Of a stretch of 64,000 nt of DNA, positions 41,653-54,591 are shown in pieces; the first letter of the stretch is position 1, and every line of letters begins with the position of its first letter. The notes beneath the pieces were generated by a model that did no database searches, was not told the DNA's origin, and saw only the letters and a program-made list of their open reading frames with translations. The position numbers and the translations under genes were made by a program. The DNA lies in NCBI GenBank assembly GCA_002269645.1, contig NIVC01000860.1, positions 248,001 to 312,000 on the forward strand. Direction: 5' to 3'. The DNA is from Macrostomum lignano (Eukaryota).

Positions 41653-42215
41653 TAGAATTCTCTAGATCTGCATAGATTCTCTAGATCTGCATAGATTCTC
41701 TAGATCTGCATAGATTCTCTAGAACTGCATACATTCTCTAGATCTGCATAGATTTCCCTAGATCTGCATAGAATTCTCTAGATCTACATAGATTCTCTAG
41801 ATCTGCATAGATTTCCCTAGAACTGCATAGATTCTCTAGATCTGCATAGATTCTCTAGATCTGTATAGATTTCCCTAGATCTGCATAGAATTCTCTAGAT
41901 CTGATCGAATAGATTTCCCTAGATCTGCATAGAATTCTCTAGATCTGATCGAATAGATTTCCCTAGATCTGCATAGAATTCTCTAGATCTGCATAGAATT
42001 CTCTAGATCTGATCGAATAGATTTCCCTAGATCTGCATAGAATTCTCTAGATCTGCATAGAATTCTCTAGATCTGCATAGAATTCTCTAGATCTGCATAG
42101 AATTCTCTAGATCTGATCGAATAGATTTCCCTAGATCTACATAGAATTCTCTAGATCTGATCGAATAGATTTCTCTAGATCTGCATAGAATTCTCTAGAT
42201 CTGCATGGGTTTCTC
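41653..42215. repeat. 19-23-bp palindrome-rich minisatellite (TAGAATTCTCTAGATCTGCA)n
   Basis: Tandem variant units. Confidence 0.92.
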
Positions 42216-42931
42216 TAGCTCTCCACAGATTTCTAGCTGCATTGATCTGTTATGGATTCCTCAGTCATCGGCTGTCTTGCAGCTAAAACATATTCTTATA
42301 CCAATGGAATCCAATCTAGTGTGTGACATATGGCGTTTTTTATCCCTTAAGTGACTCTATATAGTCTAAATGTTTATCGACACTGTGGGGTCTGAGTGAT
42401 CTTCTAGCCATATAAAACACTCTCCCAAGAAACCGATAAACTGACTGCCATGCAGTGAGATAAAAAGCTCTCTAACTGCACTGAGCTGTCAGCGAACTAG
42501 CCACGGACCATGGCGATACACGCGGATTTCCGCACTTTACACAGCAACTTAAAGACATTGAGTTGCCCTTCTGCAATGCAATATATAGCCAATGGTTTAC
42601 ACGCGGCTCTAGGGCTGCGGACTGAGGCTGAAGATAGAACGGCCAGTCGCTTTATGATGGAGAAAGTGCTGGAAAGCTGCCCACTCCCTCCCCCCCCCCA
42701 GTTGCCGCCGCAAGTTTCTGGCCCATGTAGCCGACCGAAAATCAATTGAGGCCGGGATCGATTTAATGCGGGGCGACGAGGCGCGGGACGGATAGGGGAG
42801 CCGCGGCTGCTGCTGGCGAGGGCTGGGAGAACCCGGCCAGAATCCATAATTTCAATCACTTGGCTCTGCTTTTGCTGCGACGCTCGGGCTTTTTAAAGTG
42901 GCATTTTTAGCGCTTTGAACCTGCGATCGGC

Positions 42932-43449
<518 letters not shown>

Positions 43450-43800
43450 ATACTTTGTAGTTACCTGTATATAATTACATAAATGACAGTTGTTGTCGGA
43501 AACGCTAGAAATCAGTGCTCCACAATTTGCTAAAGCCACCTTGTTAAACTTCTTTTCTCGGCGCTCTCTGCCGCTCAGATTTTCTCTGGGGATTAGACAA
43601 GAAATCAATGCGCTCTCTGGGGTGCTTGAAGGTCGTCTTTGACGCTTTGGGAGTGACAGGCCAAGGTGAAAAATTGACTGCCAGGGGTTATGCTGGGTAA
43701 CTGGGGTAATCCAATAGCTACCTGATTTCGTAGCTCGCATATCACGACTGAAGTATGAAAGTGGGGCCTTAGACACTGAGTCCTGAGATACTCAGACACT

Positions 43801-43803
<3 letters not shown>

Positions 43804-43876
<73 letters not shown>

Positions 43877-43915
43877 CACGGACAGGCAGGCAGACAGACA
43901 CACAGACAGACAGAT
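43804..43915. repeat. (GACA)n microsatellite
   Basis: Direct observation. Confidence 0.95.
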
Positions 43916-44859
43916 GGGCACAATTTTAAGTTTTCGCGAGCACTTCCGTCCTAAATTCCGCATCAGAATGGTTCAAGAGTTCCAGTCCAAACGCTATAGG
44001 TCGCTCTGTTTATAAACTGCAGTTGCAAGCTTTTTAGACTTCAAAAAATGCGCACTGAAGCAGTTCGTTGTGTCTGTCGTGGTGTCGTGGGAAACATCGA
44101 TCTGTGCAGCTGCACATCAGTTGTCGAATCCCCGGTTAGAGAGGCCTAGCCGGAAGCCAACACGGCGTCAGGGAGAGTTTTGTGTGAAGAATGAAGAGAG
44201 GAGGCTGCATGGGAAAATGCGGAACTGCATGTCACGGATGGGAGGGGAAGAGCTTGTAGGGAACGCACAGCAGTTTAAACAGCTATTAGCTTCGGAATGG
44301 CACAGATAATATACTCTGCTTTTATGGTGGCAGCACTTTCACTCCGCCTGGGCCGCACTCGATTCGCGATGAAAACTAGAAAAAAAGTGAAAGTTTTTTT
44401 CGTTGGCAAACATTTCGCTCTGCAAGGCTGTGGAGCTGCTATATAGGCAGATGCCCATTATTCCTTAATGGTCGCTACATTTTTTCACAATTGAGCTCAC
44501 GAGGATTAAGGGGCGAATTCCCCGTGGGTTTTCTTTCACAAAAAAAGTTTATCCTTACATTCACGGGATAAAATGGGGGGGTGCTTCCAGGTGCACTCTT
44601 CTGTATTTCTAAGCGTCTGAGTTGGGGTGTTGAGAAAGAATTTTCACATCAGACAGATCACTTAGAAATGCATTATCAGAAATTATCATTACTGTCTCCT
44701 CACCTTTCACATCTTGTATTCTGTCGGAAATGTGTGATAGTTAATCTATATTTTGCCAGATCAGTACAGGACAGCACAGAAAACAGACTGTCTTTGCCGA
44801 TCCATTGTCCTCTGATTATTAAAATGGAACGGATAACATTCAAAATCTGGTTAAAATAA

Positions 44860-45585
44860 GCCACAGCAGGGGTCACAGCAGGGGTCATAGCAGGGGTCAT
44901 AGCAGGGGTCACAGTAGGGGTCACAGTAGGGGTCACGGTAGAGGTCATAGTAGGGGTCACAGTAGGGGTCACAGTAGAGGTCACAGCAGGGGTCATAGCA
45001 GGGGTCACGGTAGACGTCACAGTAGGGGTTCACAGTAGGGGTCACAGTAGAGGTCAGAACAAGGGTCACAGCAGGGGTCATAGCAGTGGCCACAGTAAAC
45101 GTCACAGTAGGGGTTCACAGCAGGGGTCACAGCAGGGGTCACAGCAGGGGTCACAGCAGGGGTCACAGCAGGGGTCACAGCAGGGGTCACAGCAGGGATC
45201 AGAGTAGGGGTCACGGTAGGGGTCAGAGTAGGGGTCACGGTAGGGGTCAGAGTAGGGGTCACGGTAGGGGTCACAGCAGGGGTCACAGCAGGGGTCACAG
45301 CAGGGGCTACTGCAGAGGTCACAACAAGGGTCACAGCAGGGGTCATAGCAGGGGTCACAGCAGGGGTCATAGCAGGGGTCACAGCAGGGGTCATAGCAGG
45401 GGTCACAGCAGGGGTCACAGCAGGGGTCACAGCAGGGGTCACAGCAGGGGTTACTGCAGGGGTCACAGCAGGGGTCATAGCAGGGGTCACAGCAGGGGTC
45501 ACAGCAGGGGTCACAGCAGGGGTCACAGCAGGGGTCACAGCAGGGGTCACAGCAGGGGTCACAGCAGGGGTCACAGCAGGGGTCG
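44860..45585. repeat. 12-bp minisatellite (GGGGTCACAGCA)n
   Basis: About 55 units. The (TPAV)n, (CCDP)n and (HSRG)n ORFs are repeat artefacts. Confidence 0.95.
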
Positions 45586-45735
45586 CAATAACGTGTACAC
45601 CATAGAATCGCAGTTAGGATCGCAAACAGCAAGGATGGCACAGCAATTGAAAACACAGATGGAAAATTTGCACAATGCAAGCCGAACAGTTGGGAATAAA
45701 AGTGTCATTTGAGTGTCAATTGTCATCGCGCAGTG

Positions 45736-46995
45736 TCAAGCAGCGCTCAGCACGGGGTACTGGGCCCTGACCCGAGCGTTCGCCGGTCCCGTCAACAAGT
45801 TCGCCCGTGCCCTACCCGGTACACCTGGTGGCAGCCCTGGCATGCCTTTGAAGTTCCTCGCCCGCCTGGAGTGCATGACACCGGCCAGCAGGCCCAGCCC
45901 GGACTCAAGTTTCCGGTCCTCTCTCGCGCCGAAACGGTCCATGAGGATCTCGATCGATGGCCGGGAGAACAGGCAGCTGATGCAGAGGAAGATGGCCTGC
46001 AGCGCCTGCAGCATGAAGTGGATGTGCCACAGGCAGACGGACTCGCAGCTGTGGTAGAGCAGCAGCGCCGTCAGGGCGAACAGCTGCACAATGCCGTTGG
46101 CCAGCGCCAGCTTGGAGAACACTCGGAACCGGTGCACAGCCGATCGGCTGTCATATTTTCTCTCCTCAGACATGGCATCGAAGATGCAGCCGAGACGGAT
46201 CAGGGCGGGCAGCTGAGCAGCCTGGAGCAGCAGGCAGGGCAGCGACAGCAGGTAGGCGTACGACACCGCCGATGGACGCAGCGACCTGAGCAGCGACAGA
46301 TGCGGATGCGCGCAGTTCCTGTCGCGGTACAGCCTGGCCAGACTGCTGCTGAGGTAGGACAGCTGGCCGACCTGGGAGATGGACTCCGCAAAACCGTGCC
46401 ACGAGTGCGGCTGCCTCGGAGACGCCTCAGCTGTCCTGCTGCTGCTGTTCTGCTCGGCAAGGAACGTCGTTGAGACGCCATCGCCGTCGCCGCCGCCCTC
46501 GCCGTTCAAAGTTCCGAGAATTCCGGCGGCGAGGAACGGCGCCGCAGTAAGGAGGCTGGCAGCCGCGCACCGGCAGTAGGGAGCGCAGGTGCGCAGGCGG
46601 ATCAGCGGCTGGGCCTGACGATGTCGCCGCTCTCGCAGCCAGAGGCGCAGCACCGAGGCGGCGCTCCAGGCGGCCGTGGCGACCTCCAGAAAGTGCAGCG
46701 CGGCATTGACCGGCGCCATGACCTCGGCGGGCAGATCGTCCCGGTCGAGGCCGCATGCAAGGAGCTGCAGCACTGCGCAGGCCGTGTGCAGGCTTAGCGC
46801 AGTCAGCAGCTGCCTGCCGTAAAGTCGGCGAAGGTCTCGGAGACGAACGACGAGGCCGAGGTGGCCGCAGTAGGCGGCGAGGCAGACGGACATGCAGATG
46901 AGCGGCAGCGGAGCGAGGCCCAGATCGGCTGGCGCCGGAGACTCGGCAGGCGGCGTCGGCGGGGAGGCCAGCAATGGCTGAGTCGGCTGCGGCAT
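45736..46995 (-). CDS. Methuselah-like / family-B 7TM receptor (single exon as seen)
   Basis: Seven hydrophobic segments. LRDLRRLYGRQLL (ICL1), ALHFLEVATAAW (TM3), RFRVFSKLALANG (TM6) and LWHIHFMLQALQAIFL (TM7) parallel Mth-type motifs. A possible acceptor near 47016 means an upstream exon cannot be excluded. Confidence 0.68.
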   Translation of the reverse strand: MPQPTQPLLASPPTPPAESPAPADLGLAPLPLICMSVCLAAYCGHLGLVVRLRDLRRLYGRQLLTALSLHTACAVLQLLACGLDRDDLPAEVMAPVNAALHFLEVATAAWSAASVLRLWLRERRHRQAQPLIRLRTCAPYCRCAAASLLTAAPFLAAGILGTLNGEGGGDGDGVSTTFLAEQNSSSRTAEASPRQPHSWHGFAESISQVGQLSYLSSSLARLYRDRNCAHPHLSLLRSLRPSAVSYAYLLSLPCLLLQAAQLPALIRLGCIFDAMSEERKYDSRSAVHRFRVFSKLALANGIVQLFALTALLLYHSCESVCLWHIHFMLQALQAIFLCISCLFSRPSIEILMDRFGAREDRKLESGLGLLAGVMHSRRARNFKGMPGLPPGVPGRARANLLTGPANARVRAQYPVLSAA

Positions 46996-47195
46996 CAAAG
47001 TGGTTGCTATGGTAACCTGTGGCCGGTCTGTTTTGCGCGGAAGTATCCAGCATCAGCTGCCGGGGGATTCACTGCCTAGCAGCCAGGCTTTATTTCGACA
47101 GCCGGCCAATGGGGTTGCGGCAAATTGCTGAATTCCCTCCCCACTCTTGATCCAATCCAGTTTTTCTCTTTCTTTCTTGCTAGTGACGCCTATTG

Positions 47196-47503
47196 TCTCT
47201 ATAGACACCCATCTGTCTCTTTAGACACCCATCTGTCTCTATAGACACCCATCTGTCTCTATAGACACCCATCTGTCTCTATCTACACCCATCTGTCTCT
47301 ATCTACACCCATCTGTCTCTATAGACACCCACCTGTCTCTATCTACACCCATCTGTCTCTATAGACACCCATCTGTCTCTATAGACACCCATCTGTCTCT
47401 ATAGACACCCATCTGTCTCTATCTACACCCATCTGTCTCTATAGACACCCATCTGTCTCTATAGACACCCATCTGTCTCTATAGACACCCATCTGTCTCT
47501 TCT
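47196..47503. repeat. 20-bp minisatellite (TAGACACCCATCTGTCTCTA)n
   Basis: About 15 units. Confidence 0.93.
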
Positions 47504-48049
47504 ATTGGGTGTCAAAATATTCCTTCCATCAAGCAGATGAACCTTCGGTTTTCGAATTAAAACACTCCTTACTTTCGAATCCAAATGAATTACACAGCAA
47601 GAGCCGCCTCTCCTGTGTAGTCCAGCCATTGGGCTTTCATATTTTACTGACCATTAACTAACTATAGTTCGTTTGAAGCTGTCGGACCTGCAGCTGGGAG
47701 AAACCTGATGCCATGTGATGAATTATTGAGCAGCTGAAAAAACGCGCACCGAAGCACTGCAGACCGTTTTTTTCTGGGAGCTGCTGCTTTTGCCAGACTA
47801 CAAGCTGTCTCTTCTCTTCTCTGTTTCATGCGCAATGCAGGTAAAAGACCTTCGCAGCTAGCGATTCCAATTTGGAAAGAGTTCGTTTGCATGTTTAATC
47901 GAGTATACCGGAGCCCGGCATCAATTGAGCATACACGACTCAAAAATGAAAGAGAATTATCAGCCTAGACCGCTGGGCTTTTATTAAAACCTGAGTAGCG
48001 GGACTCAACCCCCGAATCTGTTACTCCTGATCAGTGCTGGCATAGAAAT

Positions 48050-48715
48050 CTATCTCTTCCTGTCTACTTCTCTCTCTCCCTGTATACTTCTCTCTCTCCC
48101 TGTCTACTTCTATCTCTCCCTGTCTACTTCTCTCTCTTCCTGTATACTTCTGTTTTTTCCTTGTCTACATCAATCTCTCCCTGTTTACAATTCTATCTCT
48201 CCCTGTCTACTTCTATCTCTCCCTGTCTACTTATATCTATCCCTGTCTACTTCTATCTTTCCCTGTCTACTTCTATCTATCCCTGTCTACTTCTATCTTT
48301 CCCTGTCTACTTCTATCTCTCCCTGTCTACTTATATCTATCCCTGTCTACTTCTATCTTTCCCTGTCTACTTCTATCTATCCCTGTCTACTTCTATCTTT
48401 CCCTGTCTACTTATATCTATCCCTGTCTACTTATATCTATCCCTGTCTACTTCTATCTTTCCCTGTCTACTTCTATCTATTCCTGTCTACTTCTATCTTT
48501 CCCTGTCTGTCTACTTTTATCTCTCCCTGTCTACTTCTATCTTTCCCTGTCTACTTATATCTATCCCTGTCTACTTATATCTATCCCTGTCTACGTCTAT
48601 CTTTCCCTGTCTACTTATATCTATCCCTGTCTACTTATATCTATCCCTGTCTACGTCTAGCTTTCCCTGTCTACTTCTATCCCTCTCTGTCTACTTCTAT
48701 CTCTCCCTCTTATAT
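48050..48715. repeat. ~20-bp CT-rich minisatellite (CCCTGTCTACTTCTATCTCT)n
   Basis: Tandem variant units. Confidence 0.92.
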
Positions 48716-49513
48716 TACTTCTCTCCTCTCGCAGTACTGGGCAGCATCTCTGACCTCTTAATAACCTTATCAGTCAAAGCATACTCATTCGATCCAACAG
48801 AGCTCAAAGTTGGCAACGATATGGCTTATGGGCTACTCGTCAACTGCTCCAACTGCAGCAACAATATGCACGAATATTAAATAAACCTATTTTTTGAGTT
48901 CAGTACTCCAAAAAAGTTCGAGGAGCGGAGATGCGGCAGGGATTTCAAAGATTAAATTCGTTACGGGCCGCTGCCCTATCAGCGCTGCGGGGAGCTCTTG
49001 GGCTGCGATTCTGGGGTGGGGCAGAGGGGCAGGGACTGCCAAGGGCATCAGCTGGAGAACCTGCATGGGTTGGAGAGACAGTCAGAGTAAGAGATGTGCA
49101 GCGAGACTCGAGGGTGAGACAAGAGCAACAAATATTGTCTGATTTGTCCCACAACCAGTCAGTGCTGACGGCAATTTGCAGATGTACACCTCTAAAAAAG
49201 CAATCAGAAAGTCAATGCAGCAGCAACACTCAAAGCAATTCTATAACCAAAAAAGGAACCGAAGTGTCCTTACATACTGAAAAAATTCAACTCAATTGTG
49301 TACTATTAGAAAAAAGTAACTAATTTTTCAATGAAAAAATTGATAACAAATAAAACTGGCTTGTCGCTCCGTGTTAGAAGAAAAAAAAGCCTAGATGTGA
49401 CAGTATTAGCGGCCTCCAAAATCGATTCCACAGTAGTACGACAGGTGGGGAAAAACTTAGTTAATAAAAATCCCTATGTAAAAATTTGCTCAAGTTCTGC
49501 TCGAGTCGCAGAG

Positions 49514-52500
49514 TTACAGCATCACAGGGGCCAGCTGGTGCCGCTTCCTGGAAGTCCACACCAGCTCGGAGCGGACCCGGACCTCGCCTTCCAGCGCCTC
49601 GTCGGCGGGTCCGTGACGCCGGGCCTCCGCCCAGCAGGCGGCCGTCATCAGCTCGGAGCTCAGCCAGACTCGGCCTGGCCAGGCGGGGCTGAGCTGCAGC
49701 GCCGCCGTTGCCCCGGCAACCAGCCGGGCCAGACTCTGCCTGGTCGAGGCCGGCTCCGCCAAGACGCCGTCCTGCAGTTGGCGAACTTGGCAGGCCAGCG
49801 ACTCCGGCCGGGCGTGCCGGCAGCCGCTGCCGCCGCCGTTGCCTCCGACGGACGCCAGCAAGCCGGTGGCCACGGCGCACTCGTCGCACTGGCCGGCCGT
49901 CAGCACGACGGTCTCAGTGGCGAGTCCGGCCTCGCTTCCGCCGCTGCCACCGTCGGTCGCCACCGCGGTCACGAGCTGCAGCAGCTCCTCGCAGCTGCCG
50001 CCGCCGCCACCCGGCCGATGGCTGTGCAGCTCCAGCAGCGGCTGTCGAAGTTGAACGCCGAATTCGAAGCCGGACTTGCTGGCGGTTGCTAGGCGGCATC
50101 GATCCGCTGTGTCTGGCAGCCGGGTGAGCACCAGAGTGCAGGCCGGGGTTCGAGTCTCCAGCGCTGCCGGCCGGTAGACTCGCAGGCTGAAGCCTTCGAC
50201 CAGCTCAGCTGAGCAGCCGCATCGCCTGTTGGTCTTCGCTGCTGTTTTGCTCGCCAAAGCCGTCGCGGATTCGTCGTCGACCAGCTGTCGGTGACAGCAG
50301 AGCCGGTGCGAGCTGTCGCTGCCGATCTCGAATTCGGTGAACTGCCTGGCGCAGCCGGCCTGCCGGTGAACGCCAGCCAGCGCGACCTCCTCCAGCACGC
50401 TGCTCTGCGCGGGTCCGGGGCGCGCAGTTTGCTGGATGCGCGCTTGGCTGGATGAAGCCAGCCGGAGCTGCTGGGCGGAGCAGCCATCCAGTTCCACGCG
50501 AAGTGTCGAAGCCTCCATGCTGCTGGGCATCTCAGAGGCGGCCACAGCCGATGTGGCTGAGGACAACTCGGCTGGTGCGGAGATCAGAGGCTGCACGGAA
50601 GTCGCGGGACCTTCGTGTGCGATGCCGCAGACGGCTCTCGATGTTGACGCCGCTGCGGTGCTCTCCTGGATGCCGGGAATCTGCTGACAGCGTGCGGCGG
50701 CTTCAGCTGACGGACCCGCCACGGTGCAGGCTGCTGTCATCTCCGTCTCCAGCGCGCGACGTCGCTTTGAAGTCGGCGTCTTCAGTGTCGACAGCCGACA
50801 AGCCGCAATCGCTGCTGGCTGCTCCGTCTGTGAAGCGGCGGTGGAGTCAGCCTGGCACAATGAGCAGGCTGCGCAGCAGGCGGTGCCGGTCTCGGCTATA
50901 GCGGCGTCGTGAGCACCGCTGCCGAGGCCCAGCGCCGACTCCTCCAGCAGGGCAGACGCACGTAACGCCGTCGCTCCCGATTTTATCAGCGAATTTTTTT
51001 TCGACTCAAACAGCCGACGCTGGCAGACGGTCAGGCAGGCGGTGCAGACGCCGATTTGAGTCGCGTGGTCAATCGACAAAACCTGGCGCTGTTGCGACGA
51101 CCCCGCGAGGGCAGCGGATTCGGTCCGAGCGACTCCTGGAGGCGGTCCGCAGACGGAGACTTCGAAACGGCTGTCGAGCTCTGCGGCTTCGTCGTCAAGT
51201 CCGACCAGTGGCTTCCCCAGGCAGGCGGACTGGCGGGCGGAGCGCTGCTGCAGACAGGCCGCGGTGCCGACTGCCAGCTTGCCAGCAGCGCAGACGGCGG
51301 TGGCCTCCAGGCTGGTGTCGGTGCGCAGCTGCTGGGAGATCCTCGACGCGGCGACGCCCTGAACGGCGTGGCGAAGCGGCCTGAGCGGATGCAAATTCGC
51401 GGCGACGAAAGCCGCCCCCGATGTGCTTGGCGGCAGGGAATTAGTTGAGTCCTGCGACCGCAGATCCGCGTCAGTCTCCGCTGAGGTGACACCCTGGCTG
51501 ATCAATCGGAAGGCTCGGTCGAAATTGTTGACGTCGAACTCGGAGCTGTTGACGCTCGCGGAGCCGGAGGCGCCGCGGCTGCTGTAGGTTGTCGGGAAGC
51601 TGGAATCGTCTATCAGCGCCAAATTCTTGTCGTCGTCGTCAGTGGGTTTCGCTGCATCGGCCACGACGGCGCTCAGTAGAAGCGTTGGTCCCGCCTGGTT
51701 GGCCGCCCGAGGCTCGTGGCTGCAGTTGCTGCACAGCGCGTTCGCCGCTGCCGCCGCCGACGGCTGCTCCTCAAAGCTGGTCTCCATCTCGGTGAACGAG
51801 ATGAACTCACCAGCTGCCGCCTCGGTGGCCGCGGCTCTGGTGGCTTCGGCCAGCAGCCGAACGGCCTGTTGCCACAGGCGGCGCGTTAGCTGCGACGTCG
51901 GTCCCTGCGGCCGCGCCTGCGGCTGCTGCTGCTGCTGCTGTTGCAGCTGCAGTCGAAGCTGCAGCCGCCGCAGTCGCAGGAACGGACTCACTGTTGAGTT
52001 CAAACTCCAACGAGCCGAGTTGACGCGCTCGTCAGTGAATGACGACACGAGACTGCTGCTGCTGCTGCCGCCGCTGCCGCTGCTGTCGCTGCTGCTTACG
52101 GAACTGCTGCTGCCGCTGCTGCTAGGAATTGGCATTCGGCCGCTGCCATTGCTGTTGCTGCCCGACACCATCTGGTAGCAGCAGCCGGTCCCGGCTTGGC
52201 CCGCCACCGTCGCCAGTGGCAGCCGCTTCACCAGGCGGCGCACCCGCCAGCTGCCGCCCAGACTGCAGACGAGATCGGCAAGTCGACGCGCGCTGGCTGG
52301 GAAGTCGCCGCCGGACTCGTTCATCAGCACCTCGACTGGGACGGAGACGCCAGTTTTGCTTTGCTGCTGTTGCTGTTGCAGATTCTGGTGCTGCAGTTCT
52401 GCTTGCTTCTGGTAGCGATGATCGACCAGGATTGAGCAGCCGCAGGTGGTCTCAATGTCGGCAAGCAGACGGTCCACATTGGGGTCAGTAGAGAGCAGCT

Positions 52501-52690
52501 CTGAAAGGTGCTCGTCCACCCAGAATGAAAAGTACACCACCGTCTCCTCTGCGGATGTAGCCTCATCACTCTGTGGAGCAGAATCCTGCTTCTGCTGATG
52601 TTGCCACTGCTGTTTCTGCTCTTTCCCAGCTTCCCGAACAGCAGATCTGCGTGTTTTTGCGAGGAGTTTTGAGGTGCTGATTGGATTTGC
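49514..52690 (-). CDS. Large terminal exon of an unknown Ala/Ser/Gln-rich protein (~1058 aa)
   Basis: 3.2-kb GC-rich open frame, acceptor TTGCAG at 52691, stop at 49514. No recognisable domain; upstream exon(s) not resolved. Confidence 0.65.
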   Translation of the reverse strand, partial: ANPISTSKLLAKTRRSAVREAGKEQKQQWQHQQKQDSAPQSDEATSAEETVVYFSFWVDEHLSELLSTDPNVDRLLADIETTCGCSILVDHRYQKQAELQHQNLQQQQQQSKTGVSVPVEVLMNESGGDFPASARRLADLVCSLGGSWRVRRLVKRLPLATVAGQAGTGCCYQMVSGSNSNGSGRMPIPSSSGSSSSVSSSDSSGSGGSSSSSLVSSFTDERVNSARWSLNSTVSPFLRLRRLQLRLQLQQQQQQQPQARPQGPTSQLTRRLWQQAVRLLAEATRAAATEAAAGEFISFTEMETSFEEQPSAAAAANALCSNCSHEPRAANQAGPTLLLSAVVADAAKPTDDDDKNLALIDDSSFPTTYSSRGASGSASVNSSEFDVNNFDRAFRLISQGVTSAETDADLRSQDSTNSLPPSTSGAAFVAANLHPLRPLRHAVQGVAASRISQQLRTDTSLEATAVCAAGKLAVGTAACLQQRSARQSACLGKPLVGLDDEAAELDSRFEVSVCGPPPGVARTESAALAGSSQQRQVLSIDHATQIGVCTACLTVCQRRLFESKKNSLIKSGATALRASALLEESALGLGSGAHDAAIAETGTACCAACSLCQADSTAASQTEQPAAIAACRLSTLKTPTSKRRRALETEMTAACTVAGPSAEAAARCQQIPGIQESTAAASTSRAVCGIAHEGPATSVQPLISAPAELSSATSAVAASEMPSSMEASTLRVELDGCSAQQLRLASSSQARIQQTARPGPAQSSVLEEVALAGVHRQAGCARQFTEFEIGSDSSHRLCCHRQLVDDESATALASKTAAKTNRRCGCSAELVEGFSLRVYRPAALETRTPACTLVLTRLPDTADRCRLATASKSGFEFGVQLRQPLLELHSHRPGGGGGSCEELLQLVTAVATDGGSGGSEAGLATETVVLTAGQCDECAVATGLLASVGGNGGGSGCRHARPESLACQVRQLQDGVLAEPASTRQSLARLVAGATAALQLSPAWPGRVWLSSELMTAACWAEARRHGPADEALEGEVRVRSELVWTSRKRHQLAPVML

Positions 52691-52885
52691 CTGCAAGGTA
52701 CGTATTGAGCCTACGAATTGTGACCTACAGATAACATGTGCGTCTTAACCAGATTGAATTTACGTGTACCAACTTAAGCTAGTAAGGTAACACTTGTGTT
52801 CACTATAGTTAGTCTTTGTATCTAATGCATGTAAATAGTCTCAGTATCAAATAGATAGTCCGTGCATCTAACAGCAGATAGCCTT

Positions 52886-53322
52886 TGTGTCTAACAGGTA
52901 CGTCTCTGTCTAACAGGTACGACTCTGTCTAACAGGTACGTCTCTGTTTAACAGGTACGTCTCTGTCTAACAGGTACGTCTCTGTCTAACAGGTTCGTCT
53001 CTGTCTAACAGGTACGTCTCTGTCTAACAGGTACGTCTCTGTCTAACAAGTACGTCTCTGTCTAACAGACTCGTCTCTGTCTAACAGGTTATGTCTCTGT
53101 CTAACAGGTTATGTCTGTCTAACAGGTACGTCTCTGTCTAACAGGTGCGTCTCTGTCTAACAGGTACGTCTCTGTCTAACAGGTACGTCTCTGTCTAACA
53201 GGTTATGTCTCTGTTTAACAGGTACGTCTCTGTCTAACAGGTTCGTCTCTGTCTAACAGGTACGTCTCTGTCTAACAGGTACGTCTCTGTCTAACAGGTT
53301 CGTCTCTGTCTAACAGATACGT
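52886..53322. repeat. 19-bp minisatellite (AACAGGTACGTCTCTGTCT)n
   Basis: About 22 units. Confidence 0.94.
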
Positions 53323-53734
53323 CTGTCTTCAACGTGCTTGATAATTTCAAACATGTTGCATACAAGACAATTGTGGTACTACTAAACACTGGCATATGCA
53401 TAATTTGATGTCCATTATTCTCAATATCACAAGCTACAAACCTTGAAGAAGATTTCAGCTGCTGCTGTTCCTGAACTCTTGATTTTGACTGATGCCGATT
53501 CAACCTCGCTGCAGATTCATTCTGCGAGGCCGATGCCATGCATGGGCCAGGTTGTCGTCTAGTTATGGAAAACTAAAAAATTGAATAGCAACAAGGGTGA
53601 CTTATGTCTGGCGTTTGGTGATGACAGTTCCTGGTGCCGTGGTGTGGTTTATTTTAAGAGTGTGAGGCTTGAGCTGGGCTGAATTGGCCATAGACTTGCC
53701 AATATTGTAGTGAGCGTTTTCAGCCTAAAAATAG

Positions 53735-53765
53735 ACAGACAGACAGACAGACAGGCAGGCAGGCG

Positions 53766-53817
<52 letters not shown>

Positions 53818-53850
53818 GGCAGGCAGGCAGGCGGACAGACAGACAGACAA

Positions 53851-53910
<60 letters not shown>

Positions 53911-53964
53911 GCAGGCAGGCGGACAGACAGACAAACAGACAGAGACAAGACACACGGACGGATG

Positions 53965-54034
<70 letters not shown>

Positions 54035-54105
54035 GACAGACACACAGACTGACAGACAAACAGACAGACGCAAGACACACGGACGGATGGACAAACAGAC
54101 ACAGA
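53735..54105. repeat. (GACA)n-type microsatellite
   Basis: Direct observation. Confidence 0.95.
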
Positions 54106-54591
54106 CAGTGGTACATGCAGTCGTACATGTACTTTCAAACCATCTCTAGTATTTGTTTCAGCTACAAGCTTAACTTAAACTAAACTGAAACTTTAAGAAA
54201 CATTCGGACATGAATTGCTGATTACCTTTCTCAAACAGAACCCACCGCCAAGCAAGCACATTAATGTCAATGTTAAAGAAAACACGCGTACTAGGCTGAA
54301 CAAGTCAAACAAGAACACCCAGTTCAGTGAGCACACACTGCTGCATGCATAGCGATAAGGCACAGCTAGAACTTCTATAAGGCCGCTATACTGAAGCTGC
54401 TAAATTGAGCAATTAAAGTACCGCTGAAAATTGCAATGGCTGTTTGCACTGCGCAAAAGTACAACTGTTAACTTCCACACAGCCTTTGTTTTAAGTTTCA
54501 CAATTGCAGGCCGCAGAGCCAGCCCGGCTCTCGCATAAAGAGAGTGTACATGTTTGACGAAATGAGAAAGCCAGGACCGCTGCACTGTACA

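Noticed and set aside
44700-45712. Mucin-like (TPAV)n, metallothionein-like (CCDP)n and (HSRG)n ORFs
   Set aside because: The 12-bp unit is open in several frames by construction; no signal peptide or splice support.
49331-52491. Many overlapping plus-strand ORFs opposite the large exon, the GPCR and the LINEs
   Set aside because: Antisense shadows of GC-rich coding DNA with no independent motifs.
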